A stretch of DNA of 23,358 nt, from contig CAXHAT010000129.1 in assembly GCA_964014485.1 (NCBI GenBank), positions 1 through 23,358 of the forward strand, given 5' to 3'. The DNA is from an uncultured Deferribacteres bacterium (GTDB taxonomy: Bacteria; Zhuqueibacterota; Zhuqueibacteria; Zhuqueibacterales; Geothermadaptataceae). The notes beneath the pieces were generated by a model. That model was given only the letters and a program-made list of their open reading frames with translations. It was not told the DNA's origin and searched no databases. Shown here in pieces: positions 9,041-18,197 of this stretch (position 1 is its first letter; each line of letters begins with the position of its first letter). The translations under genes were made by a program, and so were the position numbers.

Positions 9041-9237
9041 TTTTCTTCTCTCTTGAAAGTTTTGGCATTTGAAAAATGAAAACGGAGTGTTGAGTGAGCG
9101 GAAAGGGCAAAAGAATTTCAAGAGAAAACTGACTTACAAGCTGATGTTACGCGCCAGCTTCATAATACAGCAACTGTTTATCAGCTCCATTCCACAGAGA
9201 CGCACTACCGTCAACCTAATTTCGGTACGCCCAAATT

Positions 9238-9298
9238 CTCGTTCCCAATCTCTGGTTTCGAGCCCATCTCCATTCCCAAACCGGAGTTTGGGAACGAG
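9238..9298. repeat. REP-like palindromic doublet
   Basis: 11-bp terminal inverted repeat CTCGTTCCCAA (9238-9248) / TTGGGAACGAG (9288-9298). The right unit is itself a hairpin, TTCCCAAAC-CGGA-GTTTGGGAA. Confidence 0.7.
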
Positions 9299-9511
9299 CC
9301 GCGATGAGGCGCTCTTTTCGGTTTGGCTTCAGAAATGCTTTGCTGCGCTTAACATCAGTTGCAAGAAAAGCTTTAACGTACAAAAAAGTGCGCCGCTGCT
9401 GCGCAATGCAGATTGTCGCTGGAAAAGGTAAAATGAGAATTTCAGAAATTCTTGATTTTAATCGGAAAGACGCTGGTGCAGGAATGATAGTGTTGGAGGA
9501 AGCAAATGGCG

Positions 9512-9553
9512 CAGAGTCGCGTGTCTGATTAAAGAATCAACTCAACGACTCTG
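9512..9553 (-). terminator. Possible terminator/stem-loop downstream of the glmM-like gene
   Basis: Outer stem CAGAGTCG/CGACTCTG and inner stem TGATT/AATCA, about 60 nt after the stop at 9611. There is no strong U-tract. Confidence 0.3.
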
Positions 9554-9610
9554 GCTTGTAAATTTACATTTGGGTATAAAAGATTACCGGCAAGTGGGGC
9601 AAAAGGCAAA

Positions 9611-10963
9611 TTACACTTCCATCGTCGCAGCCCGTAATTCTTCAGCGAGCGCTTGCGCTTCTTCTTCAGTCGGAGCTTCTGACATGACGCGAATAATCGG
9701 CTCGGTGTTCGAGGCGCGCACTTGCACCCAGCTATTGTCGCGCATAATTTTCAAGCCGTCGATTGTCACGAGCTCTTCCCCCTGATACTTTTCTTTCAAA
9801 GCTTCAATAATTTTTGCGGGCGAACTGTCTTCGGTCAAATCGATTTTGCTTTTGACCATTTTGTATTCCGGCATAGACGCCTTGATTTCGCTCAACGATT
9901 CATTCGATTCCGCCAACTTCTGCAACATCATCGTGATTCCCAAAATGGCGTCACGGCCCAGATGAATGTCCGGCAGAATCACGCCGCCGTTGCCTTCGCC
10001 GCCAATCACAGCTTCTATTTCCCGCATATGTTTGGCCACGTTAATTTCGCCGACCCGTGTGCGCTCAACTTTGCAATCGTACTTTGCGGCAATATCGTCG
10101 ATCACGCGGCTGGTTGAGACGTTAACAACGACGGGGCCTTTTTTCAAATTAAGCATGAAGTCTACGGCCAGCGCCAAAGTATATTCTTCACCTAGCGGTT
10201 CGCCTTTTTCGGAAACCAGAGCCAGTCTGTCAGCATCGGGGTCAACGACGACGCCAAGATCCGCGCCGTATTGATTGACCGCTGTTTTCACTTCGCCAAG
10301 ATTCTCCGGTACAGGCTCGGGAGAACGAGAAAACTTGCCGTCCGGCGTGCCGTTAATCACAACGCTTTCGCACCCGAGGGCTTCCAAAAGCTTGGGAACG
10401 ATCACACAGCCTGCGCCGTTGATGCAGTCCGCAACGACCTTGAATTTTCGTGCTCTAATTTGGGAAACGTTGATAAAAGGTTGCGCGAGAATGGTTTCAA
10501 TGTGCTCGTCAACCGCGCGATCGTAGCGTTCAAACGAACCAAGTTCATCCCATTTTCGGAAAGCGTATTCTCCGGACTCTCGAATGGCGATGACTTTCTT
10601 GCCTTCAGCTTCGTCGAGAAAGAGTCCGTCCGGAGCCAGCATTTTTATGCCGTTCCACATGATGGGATTGTGGCTGGCGGTAAGAATCAGCCCCCCGGCG
10701 GCGTGTAAATTTTCGGTTGCCAGTTGCGTCGTCGGAGTCGGAGCTACTCCAAGATCGATGACATGGTTGCCAACGGCGACAAGTCCGGACAACACCGCAC
10801 TGTGAATCATCGGCGCCGATACGCGCGGGTCTCGGCCCACGACGACAGGGCCTTTATTGCACAATGTGCCAAACGCCTGCGCTATTTCCATAGCTACGGC
10901 GGGCGTCAGTCCTTCGCCAACAATTCCTCGTACGCCAGAGATGCTGATCATAAGCTGCGACAT
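9611..10963 (-). CDS. glmM: Phosphoglucosamine mutase / phosphomannomutase (alpha-D-phosphohexomutase)
   Basis: Motifs SISGVRG, GRDPR, TASHNP (catalytic Ser), DPDADR (metal loop), GGEGNGG (sugar loop) and VRASNTEP. RBS GGAAGGAG upstream. GlmM versus PMM specificity is not certain. Confidence 0.85.
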   Translation of the reverse strand: MSQLMISISGVRGIVGEGLTPAVAMEIAQAFGTLCNKGPVVVGRDPRVSAPMIHSAVLSGLVAVGNHVIDLGVAPTPTTQLATENLHAAGGLILTASHNPIMWNGIKMLAPDGLFLDEAEGKKVIAIRESGEYAFRKWDELGSFERYDRAVDEHIETILAQPFINVSQIRARKFKVVADCINGAGCVIVPKLLEALGCESVVINGTPDGKFSRSPEPVPENLGEVKTAVNQYGADLGVVVDPDADRLALVSEKGEPLGEEYTLALAVDFMLNLKKGPVVVNVSTSRVIDDIAAKYDCKVERTRVGEINVAKHMREIEAVIGGEGNGGVILPDIHLGRDAILGITMMLQKLAESNESLSEIKASMPEYKMVKSKIDLTEDSSPAKIIEALKEKYQGEELVTIDGLKIMRDNSWVQVRASNTEPIIRVMSEAPTEEEAQALAEELRAATMEV

Positions 10964-11290
10964 GTCATTCTCCTTCCTTCATGCGCTTGGTCGAAAACGG
11001 ATTCAATCGAAATTAAGCGGGGGCGGGGCCAGGCTCAAATTAAACAAAAAAGCCGCTACGCGGCAGGTTCAGACAATATAAAAACGATGACGTGTTGTGC
11101 GGAAAATTTGACTTCGCTTGCGGCAATAACAAACGGTTTTTAGCCTCATCGAGTCGGCGAAGATAGAAAGAAAAGCCTGGAATTGCAAGCAAAACCGCCA
11201 AGCGTTTCTGCATGGCGAAAGCATGTGATATAAGTAAGATAGCAACGAATGCATCGATTGGTTCTTGGGCTGCAACTTGGGTTTTTAGCG

Positions 11291-14200
11291 ATGAATACGC
11301 GGAGATCGTACTACGCCGCGATCCCTTACGATCGGATTGTCATTTCATTCCTGTTTTTTCTTCTTTTCACGTCGTTCGTCGAGGCAAGCGCACAGGAGCG
11401 AGCCACGACAATTCCTTGTGATTCAACCATTTTTGAAGCCCGCTCCCTGCGAGACGACGGCAGGTTAGGGCTTGTCGTTCTGCTGAATCCTTCTAAACCA
11501 CACGAAAATATTGATTCCATTGCCGTAAACGTCCCTCCCGGCGAAAGCGGTTTTTACAGCGTTTCGGCGGAAGTGGAATATAACAGCGGCAACGACCAAA
11601 TAAACGAGACGTTTTTCCTGCTCGTTACTTTGCCAAACGGGCGGAAAAGTTATCCCGTTTACGCGAATCTGCCGCGTCGTTCAACGGCGATGTTGGACGC
11701 AAACGGCGACTCCATCCAATACAATATTGTTTTAGACGACGGCTTGCCGGACAGTCACAAAACGCACCGTCAAATCGGCGTGTTCTTTTTCGAGGAAGGG
11801 CGAAATGTCGTAGAGCTTCACCACTACTCAACGATTGACGATCTATTCCCGCAATTTGTCAATTGTCCCGACACCGCGACGCAAGAGCCGAATTGCACCG
11901 TCAACAGCGACGGCAATAATGTTATCGCCGGAACGCAGAGCGTCAGAATCGACTCGCTGGTACTGACAGAATTTTGCGCTGACCTGGGAATAACCCAGAC
12001 CGCAATCACACGCCACAAAATCTTCGTCGACAACGATTCCGCCCAGGCAGAAATCGCAGGTCAGGACTTCGAGTATATTCTAAGTGTAAAAAACGTTGGT
12101 CAAAATCCGGCGGCGCAATTTGTCGTTTCGGATACGCTCCCGATCATCCTGACTCCAACTTTTAAAAACCTCACGCCAACCGAAACAACGATTGACGGCC
12201 CGAACCAAATTCTGAGCTGGGTATTCGATACGGCGGCGGATTCGCTTTTTCCTGGGGACAGCGTCGATATTTCTTTTTCCGTCAACATTCCTGAATTCCT
12301 GTCGCCATTGCCAACGCCTCTTTTTAGCGGCAGTCGTGTTGAAACCGACGAAGATCCCGTTGATGAAAACAATACTTCATCAACTTTGGTTTACGCCATC
12401 GATGATCCCGCACTTCGATTCGCAGATCTCGCAGTTTCACAACTGATCGCCGCCGATTCTATAATTACGGGGGATATGACTTGGGTAAGACTCTCGGTCG
12501 AAAACTTTGGCCCCGGCCCTGCGCTCAATGTCACGCTCACAGACACGCTCCCGGCAATCCTCGAGGCGCTTTCGCCGTTGCCGGATTTCGGCGCTGGCGG
12601 GCGTTCAGCCGTCCACGGCAACGTGCTTTTTTGGCAATTTGATACTTTGGAATCAGGCATTGTTTTACAAGACTCGTTTTTGGTCAAAGCGGATTCCGTC
12701 GCGGAAGCGCAAACGTTTGTAAATCCGGCCTTTATCCAAGCCGATAATGATACGATTCTCAACAACAATTTCGCAATTGACAGCCTTGTTGTCCTTCCGC
12801 CGCCGCCGCCCAATTATGATTTGGCGCATTTTCAAACGGCGACGACGGACTCGGTACGTTCCGGTGAGTTTTTCTCTTATTTCTTGCGATTAGAAAACCT
12901 CGGCCCGGACACGGCCTTTAACATTTTACTGCAAGACTCGTTGCCCGCCAATATTTCAATTCGCCAGCCTTTGCCGGACTTTGGAATTGGCGTTTCTGCA
13001 ATTTCGGAAGAAAATCTCATGACCTGGCAAATTGAATTTTTAGGCCCAAATGATGTGCTCGCCGATACGCTTTTCGCAGTCGCCGATACCGTCGCTGATT
13101 TCACGCAAGCCATAAATAAAAGTGTTTCGACGGCGAGCTTTGATCGCGATTCGCTCAACAACAACGCCGAGACGGTCATCACAATCGCGCCGCCGCCCCC
13201 GCCGCCGGTCAATTATGACATCGTCCACACGCAGGAAGCAAGCCGAGACACGGTTTTTGAGAATGAGTCGTTCACATATTTTTTGAGAGTTGAAAATCTG
13301 GGGCCGCTTCCGGCTTTTTCCGTAACGCTCCGCGATTCCTTGCCCCAAAACATCACGCTTGCCGATTCACTCACATTGCCGGACTTTGGCATAGGCGTTG
13401 AGCCGGTTTTGGAACAAAATATTTTAACGTGGCGGTTCGACGCCTTGGCTGCCGGGAGCGCGCTTGTTGATTCGTTTTCGGTGATCGTGGACAGTTTAGA
13501 CCAGCAGGTCGAATTGGTTGGACTTTCGAGCGTGACCGCGGCAAACGACACGGTTTTGACAAATAACGTTTCACAGACCACAGTCATTGCGCGCCCCATG
13601 CCTACGGCGAATTATGACGTCGTGCAATTGCACTCCGTCAGTAGAGACACGGTTAAATCGGGAGAAATTTTTGCTTACACACTCATCGTTGGCAATCTCG
13701 GCCCGGCGACGGCCTACGATGTGGTTTTGCAGGATTTCTTGCCCGACAACGTTTTTCCTTTCGGCAAGTTGCCCAATTTTTCCGACAACGGCCAAATGAC
13801 GCAACAGGGTCAATCGCTTTTCTGGCGTTTCGACTCGATCGCTGTGAACAAAGCTTTCGCCGACACTTTGAACGTCATCGTCGGACAAGTATTTTCGCCG
13901 ACCCGGCTCTCGAACGTTACCATTATCCAAGCCGAAAACGACACGGTTTCCAGCAACAATTCAACGCAAACTACGGTGTTCGCGCTGCCTCTCGCCCCGA
14001 TCCCAACGGTCAACTATGACGTCTCACATTCACAAACCGCCAGCAAAGACACAGCCCGGTCTCATGAAGAAATCGGCTACACTTTGACTCTGCAAAATTC
14101 TGGGCCGGCAACTGCTTTCAACGTTGAGTTGCAAGATTCATTGCCTTCAGGTCTTTCTATTTCACGAAATCTTCCTGACTTTTCCGGCGCTGCAACGGTT

Positions 14201-15079
14201 ACGCAAAACGGGCAAAATATTTTTTGGACTTTCGATTCCATTGCTTCTCAGGAAGTTTTGACAGATTCAATTTTTGTCAGTACAGGCGACATTTCAGACG
14301 CCACCGTCTTCACCAATTTTTCTTTTACAAGAGCGACAAATGATACTGTCGCGACAAATAATGACGCGTTGACTTCATTCGTGGCGCTACCGCCGGATCC
14401 AATTCGACCGGCGGAATACACGCTCATTCACACGCAACGCGTCAGCGCCGATTCGGTCGCGACCAACGATGTTTTCAATTACACCTTGACGGTTGAAAAC
14501 CTGGGGCCGGACTCTTCACTTGCCATAACGATGAGCGACTCATTGCCGTCGCAAATCACAACGACAGGCGCGGTTCCGCTTCTCAGCAGACGTGAAAACG
14601 CCACGCTTATTTGGAACTTGCCGGCGATTGCGCCCAATGATTCCACTGTCGTCACATTTTCCGTTCAGGTCGCTGAGCTTCCTGCGGATCAAATCACCCC
14701 CATTGCAAATCTTAGCGAGATCGTTGATCGCGGCGATACGCTCAGCGCGCAAACGACGGTTGTTGGCGTCGGCGAAACCACTCCCACGATTTTTTCCACG
14801 GAATGCTTTTTAGATCGCAATGTTTTTGCGCCGGAAACCGAACAGACTTTCGGGATCAATTTCTCAATCGACCAACCCATGAACGTCCGCATCGACGTTC
14901 ATGACATGACCGGATCGCACGTTATCCAACTTCTTGATCAAAACTTCGGCGCCGGGCAAAATCGGTTTGAATGGAACGGCCTCGACAAAAATAATCGGCC
15001 TGCAGGAAGCGGGTTATACATTGTTACTTTCCGCACGGATGCGTTTATGGATTGGAAGAAATTCATGATCGTTCGATGA
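11291..15079 (+). CDS. Large secreted surface protein: N-terminal beta-sandwich, seven DUF11 repeats, C-terminal FlgD-Ig/T9SS-like sorting domain
   Basis: Signal peptide (..ISFLFFLLFTSFVEASA-Q). Seven repeats of D(L/I/V)xxxQ...YxLxVENLGP..A.NV.L.DxLP...WxFD.L...NN from ~11978, with poly-Pro linkers. C-terminus INFSID..VRIDVHDMTG..V..L...FEWNGLD....GSGLYIV....WKKFMIVR. Start is either 11249 or 11291. Confidence 0.88.
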   Translation: MNTRRSYYAAIPYDRIVISFLFFLLFTSFVEASAQERATTIPCDSTIFEARSLRDDGRLGLVVLLNPSKPHENIDSIAVNVPPGESGFYSVSAEVEYNSGNDQINETFFLLVTLPNGRKSYPVYANLPRRSTAMLDANGDSIQYNIVLDDGLPDSHKTHRQIGVFFFEEGRNVVELHHYSTIDDLFPQFVNCPDTATQEPNCTVNSDGNNVIAGTQSVRIDSLVLTEFCADLGITQTAITRHKIFVDNDSAQAEIAGQDFEYILSVKNVGQNPAAQFVVSDTLPIILTPTFKNLTPTETTIDGPNQILSWVFDTAADSLFPGDSVDISFSVNIPEFLSPLPTPLFSGSRVETDEDPVDENNTSSTLVYAIDDPALRFADLAVSQLIAADSIITGDMTWVRLSVENFGPGPALNVTLTDTLPAILEALSPLPDFGAGGRSAVHGNVLFWQFDTLESGIVLQDSFLVKADSVAEAQTFVNPAFIQADNDTILNNNFAIDSLVVLPPPPPNYDLAHFQTATTDSVRSGEFFSYFLRLENLGPDTAFNILLQDSLPANISIRQPLPDFGIGVSAISEENLMTWQIEFLGPNDVLADTLFAVADTVADFTQAINKSVSTASFDRDSLNNNAETVITIAPPPPPPVNYDIVHTQEASRDTVFENESFTYFLRVENLGPLPAFSVTLRDSLPQNITLADSLTLPDFGIGVEPVLEQNILTWRFDALAAGSALVDSFSVIVDSLDQQVELVGLSSVTAANDTVLTNNVSQTTVIARPMPTANYDVVQLHSVSRDTVKSGEIFAYTLIVGNLGPATAYDVVLQDFLPDNVFPFGKLPNFSDNGQMTQQGQSLFWRFDSIAVNKAFADTLNVIVGQVFSPTRLSNVTIIQAENDTVSSNNSTQTTVFALPLAPIPTVNYDVSHSQTASKDTARSHEEIGYTLTLQNSGPATAFNVELQDSLPSGLSISRNLPDFSGAATVTQNGQNIFWTFDSIASQEVLTDSIFVSTGDISDATVFTNFSFTRATNDTVATNNDALTSFVALPPDPIRPAEYTLIHTQRVSADSVATNDVFNYTLTVENLGPDSSLAITMSDSLPSQITTTGAVPLLSRRENATLIWNLPAIAPNDSTVVTFSVQVAELPADQITPIANLSEIVDRGDTLSAQTTVVGVGETTPTIFSTECFLDRNVFAPETEQTFGINFSIDQPMNVRIDVHDMTGSHVIQLLDQNFGAGQNRFEWNGLDKNNRPAGSGLYIVTFRTDAFMDWKKFMIVR

Positions 15080-15122
15080 AAACAAGCAGTACATTTTTTA
15101 AAAACAAGAGCGTCATCCGCCG

Positions 15123-15216
15123 TGTCATACCCGCGCAGGCGGGTATCCAGACAACGACATCTAAAAGCTGGATACCCGCCGGAGTCTATACTCGCGCAGG
15201 CGGGTGCGGTATGACA
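15123..15216. repeat. REP/RPE-like palindromic element (GTCATACCCGCGCAGGCGGGTATCCAG type), in frame with the downstream ORF
   Basis: TGTCATACCCGCGCAGGCGGGTATCCAG (15123-15150) is followed by an inverted copy CTGGATACCCGCC...GCGGTATGACA (15168-15216), which is interrupted by a third partial unit. It translates as VIPAQAGIQ...WIPA...GMT. Confidence 0.8.
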
Positions 15217-15270
15217 AAAGCTGCGCTTTGGAGCAAAAAGGAAAAACCTGCCCCTAAAAGGGGGATAGGA

Positions 15271-18117
15271 GTGGGTAAAAGCACGTTCTCTCCTCCGCTC
15301 ATCATCGCATTTATATTTTTCGCTTTATTCTCATCAGCCTTAAACGCCCAAATTCGCTCAGGCGCTTCATTCCTGAAGATTATCCCGGGCGCGCGCCAGC
15401 ATGCGATGGCGGGAAGCCTCACCGGCGTTATCGATAACGCGGCAGCGATCTACGCCAACCCGGGCGCTGCGGGCTTTTTGCGAGAATGGCATTGGAATCT
15501 CGCTTATTCGAGCTGGGCCCCCGGCGTTTACAATGCCTCCGCGATGTTCGCCCGGCGACTTACCACGCCTTGGAGCAATCAAACGCGTTTCGCACTCAGT
15601 GCATCATTTCTCGGCGTTAAAGAATTCGACAGTTCCGGAGGACGCGCGCCAACAGCTTCCGGCGGCGACTATTGGATCGCCGCAAGCGTCGGCCAGCCGC
15701 TGAAAACAGCAGTCAGCGGGCTTTCTTTTGGCGCCAGCATTAAATATTTGAACAGCCGCTTGAGCGATTTCAAAGCTTCAACGTTTGCATATGACGCAGG
15801 CTTACTCTTCCGAACCGCACGGTTCAATTTTTTGAACGGCGCCTTTAAACACGGCGTTTTGTCAGCGGGACTCGGCCTCACGCAAAACGGCGCCGCGCTC
15901 AATTTTGTTTCTGTCGCAACGCCGCTGCCTCGCACATTTCGCAGCGGCTTGGCGCTTCATCTTGGCTCCCACGAAAACCTTCAAACGCATTTTTCTCTGG
16001 ATTACAAAAGGATTCGCGATGAAGACGGTTTTTTCTCGCTTGGCGCGGAATTCTCAATCGCAAACTTGCTCTCCATGCGGCTCGGCTATACTTTTGAAAA
16101 CAGCCAATTGCTTCGCCGCTTCAATTTTGGCTTTAGCATCGGTCTAAACGACGTGAGAGCGGGGCGAAAAAGCGTTCTGCCCGGTCGCAACAAAGCGATT
16201 CGAATCGATCTTGCGGCGCCCAACAGCAATGATTTTTTTGCGCAACCTTACAACGGCTCCGTCAACCACTATACAATCCGGCCGGAGCGTTTTGAAATGC
16301 GTTCCCCGGCTTTGGGCGCGAACGTCCCGACCAAAGAAATTCAACTACAATGGAGCGCCTCACGCGACCCTGACGTATTCGATGACGTACTTTACTGGCT
16401 GCTCGTTGATGAAGAACGCGTAAATATTGAAGAAGCGTTGGCAGTGATTGAATCCGCACCGACAGAGTCGTTTTTTGCTTCGCTGCAAGCGCCGGTGCTG
16501 GCGTTAAGTGACACAACCCGCCAAACAAGCGCCGGTTTTGTTCTTCCGGAGCTTCAGTGCAAGACCTTTTACTGGTCGGTTGTTGCCGTCGATAAAGACC
16601 GGCATTTTCGCGTGGCCAAGCAAAACGGCTCACGCATCTCAAACTTCAGTCTGGCGTTGCCGGATTTGGAAATTACCAGTATTGATTTTGCGCCGAAAGC
16701 GTCCAACGGCTACGGCGTTTTCGCTTCTGACATTGTCGCACAAATTCAAAACAGCGGGACGGCGCCTGCGGGCAACGTCACAATCTCCATTTACGGTTCG
16801 CGGACGGGCGACGGCGAGTTACAGCGAATCGGTTCAATTCCAGCCATTAGATCGCTGGCTCCCGGCGAAACCGAAGCCGTCACATTTGTTTGGCCGCAAG
16901 AAGAAATTGCCGCCCGGCAAGTTGTGATGGTTGTTGACGAACAAAATTTCATTCCGGAATGCAACGAAGATAACAATCGCTCCGCGCGTGATTTGCCAAC
17001 AACGCTGACGCGCGGCTATGATTTAAGCATCTCAAAAGCGGCGTCCCAAAATTCCGTTTTTCCAGGAGACACGCTTACTTATGCGTTGATTGTTCGCAAT
17101 GACGGTCCTTTTCCGGCCTATAATATTGCCGTCGAAGATGCGGTTCCTTCGGCGCTTTTTCCTTACGAGTACAACATCGCACCCAACGCTTCGGGCGATA
17201 CGTTAAAATGGCAAATTGAAGCGCTGCAAGTCGGCGAGTCATTTGAAATTCGCTATGACACGCGTGTGAAAGGCGCGTTTGCCGGCGGCGCTCCGGAAGA
17301 ATTGAGCGGCGTCAATTTCGAGCTGGGCAAGGCGGTTTTGACTTTGGAAGCGCAAAAGTATCTCGATGATTTTGCAACGCAATTGCGCCAGGCTGTGCAG
17401 GAAAACCCAAACGCTGCAATTGAGATTCGCGGGCACACCGACAGTCAGGGCGCGGAAGCTTACAACCAAACGCTCTCACAAGCGCGTGCGGAAAGCGTGA
17501 AGAATTATCTGGTTTCGAAAGATACGACTTTTTCCATTCTGACGGCAAAAGGCTACGGTGAAAGTCAGCCGATTGCGCCGAACGATACGCCAGAATGCCG
17601 CGCCAAAAACAGACGCGTGGAAATGACGATTCCCGAAACGCAAGCTCCAGCTCCAGCCGCGAGAAAAGCGCTCGTCAATCGCGCCGCGGTTTGGGCGGGG
17701 GACGACAGCGATCCGACCAACAATTTCACCGAAACCATCGTGACCATGCAGCAAGCCAAAGTTGCGGCTTCGATGTTTATTGCGGTAAACTTTGATTTTG
17801 ATCAGGCGGCGTTAACCGCTGAAGCGAAAACGGCGATTGAAAATATTTTGCCGACGATTGAAAGCAAATTGCGGGGAAATAAAAACTTGCGAGTGGAAAT
17901 TGCTGGTCACACCGACGGCAAAGGCTCCGATGAGTACAATTTGGCGCTTTCAAAACGCCGGGCGGAAGCCGTGCTTGCCTATCTCGGCGAACAATGCCTC
18001 AGAAAAGAGCGTCTCTCAGCCACAGGTTACGGTGAAGGCAAGCCGATTGCCGACAACGAAACTGAAGCCGGGCGCAAAAAAAACCGACGGGTGGAAATTA
18101 AATTTATACAAGAGTAG
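15271..18117 (+). CDS. PorV/PorQ-like outer-membrane beta-barrel fused to FN3-like, CARDB, DUF11 and two OmpA_C-like domains
   Basis: GASFLKIIPGARQHAMAG...AAAIYANPGA is the PorV/UPF0164-type N-terminus. Then LQWSASRDPD...YWL...FYWSVVAVD (FN3-like), LPDLEIT...IQNSGTAPA...VDEQNFIPECNEDNN (CARDB) and YDLSISK...TYALIVRNDGP (DUF11). Two OmpA_C domains each show GHTD..G...YN..LS..RAE.V...GYGE..PIA.N.T...R.KNRRVE. Start is uncertain: GTG 15271 gives a clean signal peptide, while ATG 15076 overlaps the upstream stop. Confidence 0.85.
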   Translation: MGKSTFSPPLIIAFIFFALFSSALNAQIRSGASFLKIIPGARQHAMAGSLTGVIDNAAAIYANPGAAGFLREWHWNLAYSSWAPGVYNASAMFARRLTTPWSNQTRFALSASFLGVKEFDSSGGRAPTASGGDYWIAASVGQPLKTAVSGLSFGASIKYLNSRLSDFKASTFAYDAGLLFRTARFNFLNGAFKHGVLSAGLGLTQNGAALNFVSVATPLPRTFRSGLALHLGSHENLQTHFSLDYKRIRDEDGFFSLGAEFSIANLLSMRLGYTFENSQLLRRFNFGFSIGLNDVRAGRKSVLPGRNKAIRIDLAAPNSNDFFAQPYNGSVNHYTIRPERFEMRSPALGANVPTKEIQLQWSASRDPDVFDDVLYWLLVDEERVNIEEALAVIESAPTESFFASLQAPVLALSDTTRQTSAGFVLPELQCKTFYWSVVAVDKDRHFRVAKQNGSRISNFSLALPDLEITSIDFAPKASNGYGVFASDIVAQIQNSGTAPAGNVTISIYGSRTGDGELQRIGSIPAIRSLAPGETEAVTFVWPQEEIAARQVVMVVDEQNFIPECNEDNNRSARDLPTTLTRGYDLSISKAASQNSVFPGDTLTYALIVRNDGPFPAYNIAVEDAVPSALFPYEYNIAPNASGDTLKWQIEALQVGESFEIRYDTRVKGAFAGGAPEELSGVNFELGKAVLTLEAQKYLDDFATQLRQAVQENPNAAIEIRGHTDSQGAEAYNQTLSQARAESVKNYLVSKDTTFSILTAKGYGESQPIAPNDTPECRAKNRRVEMTIPETQAPAPAARKALVNRAAVWAGDDSDPTNNFTETIVTMQQAKVAASMFIAVNFDFDQAALTAEAKTAIENILPTIESKLRGNKNLRVEIAGHTDGKGSDEYNLALSKRRAEAVLAYLGEQCLRKERLSATGYGEGKPIADNETEAGRKKNRRVEIKFIQE

Positions 18118-18135
18118 TTTTCACAAACAGATTTA

Positions 18136-18186
18136 TTGTATTTTTTCAGCCTCAAATTTCCTCGATTTGAGGTTGAACAAATACAA
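18136..18186. terminator. Long hairpin between convergent genes; likely bidirectional terminator
   Basis: 22-bp inverted repeat with 2 mismatches, TTGTATTTTTTCAGCCTCAAAT / ATTTGAGGTTGAACAAATACAA, and a 7-nt loop. It lies between stops at 18117 and 18198. Confidence 0.65.
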
Positions 18187-18197
18187 AGCCTCCCATC

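Noticed and set aside
9041..9510. Riboswitch or T-box upstream of the M20-nhaC operon
   Set aside because: No lysine, SAM, TPP or glycine aptamer or T-box motif was recognisable by eye. An Rfam scan would be needed to exclude one fully.
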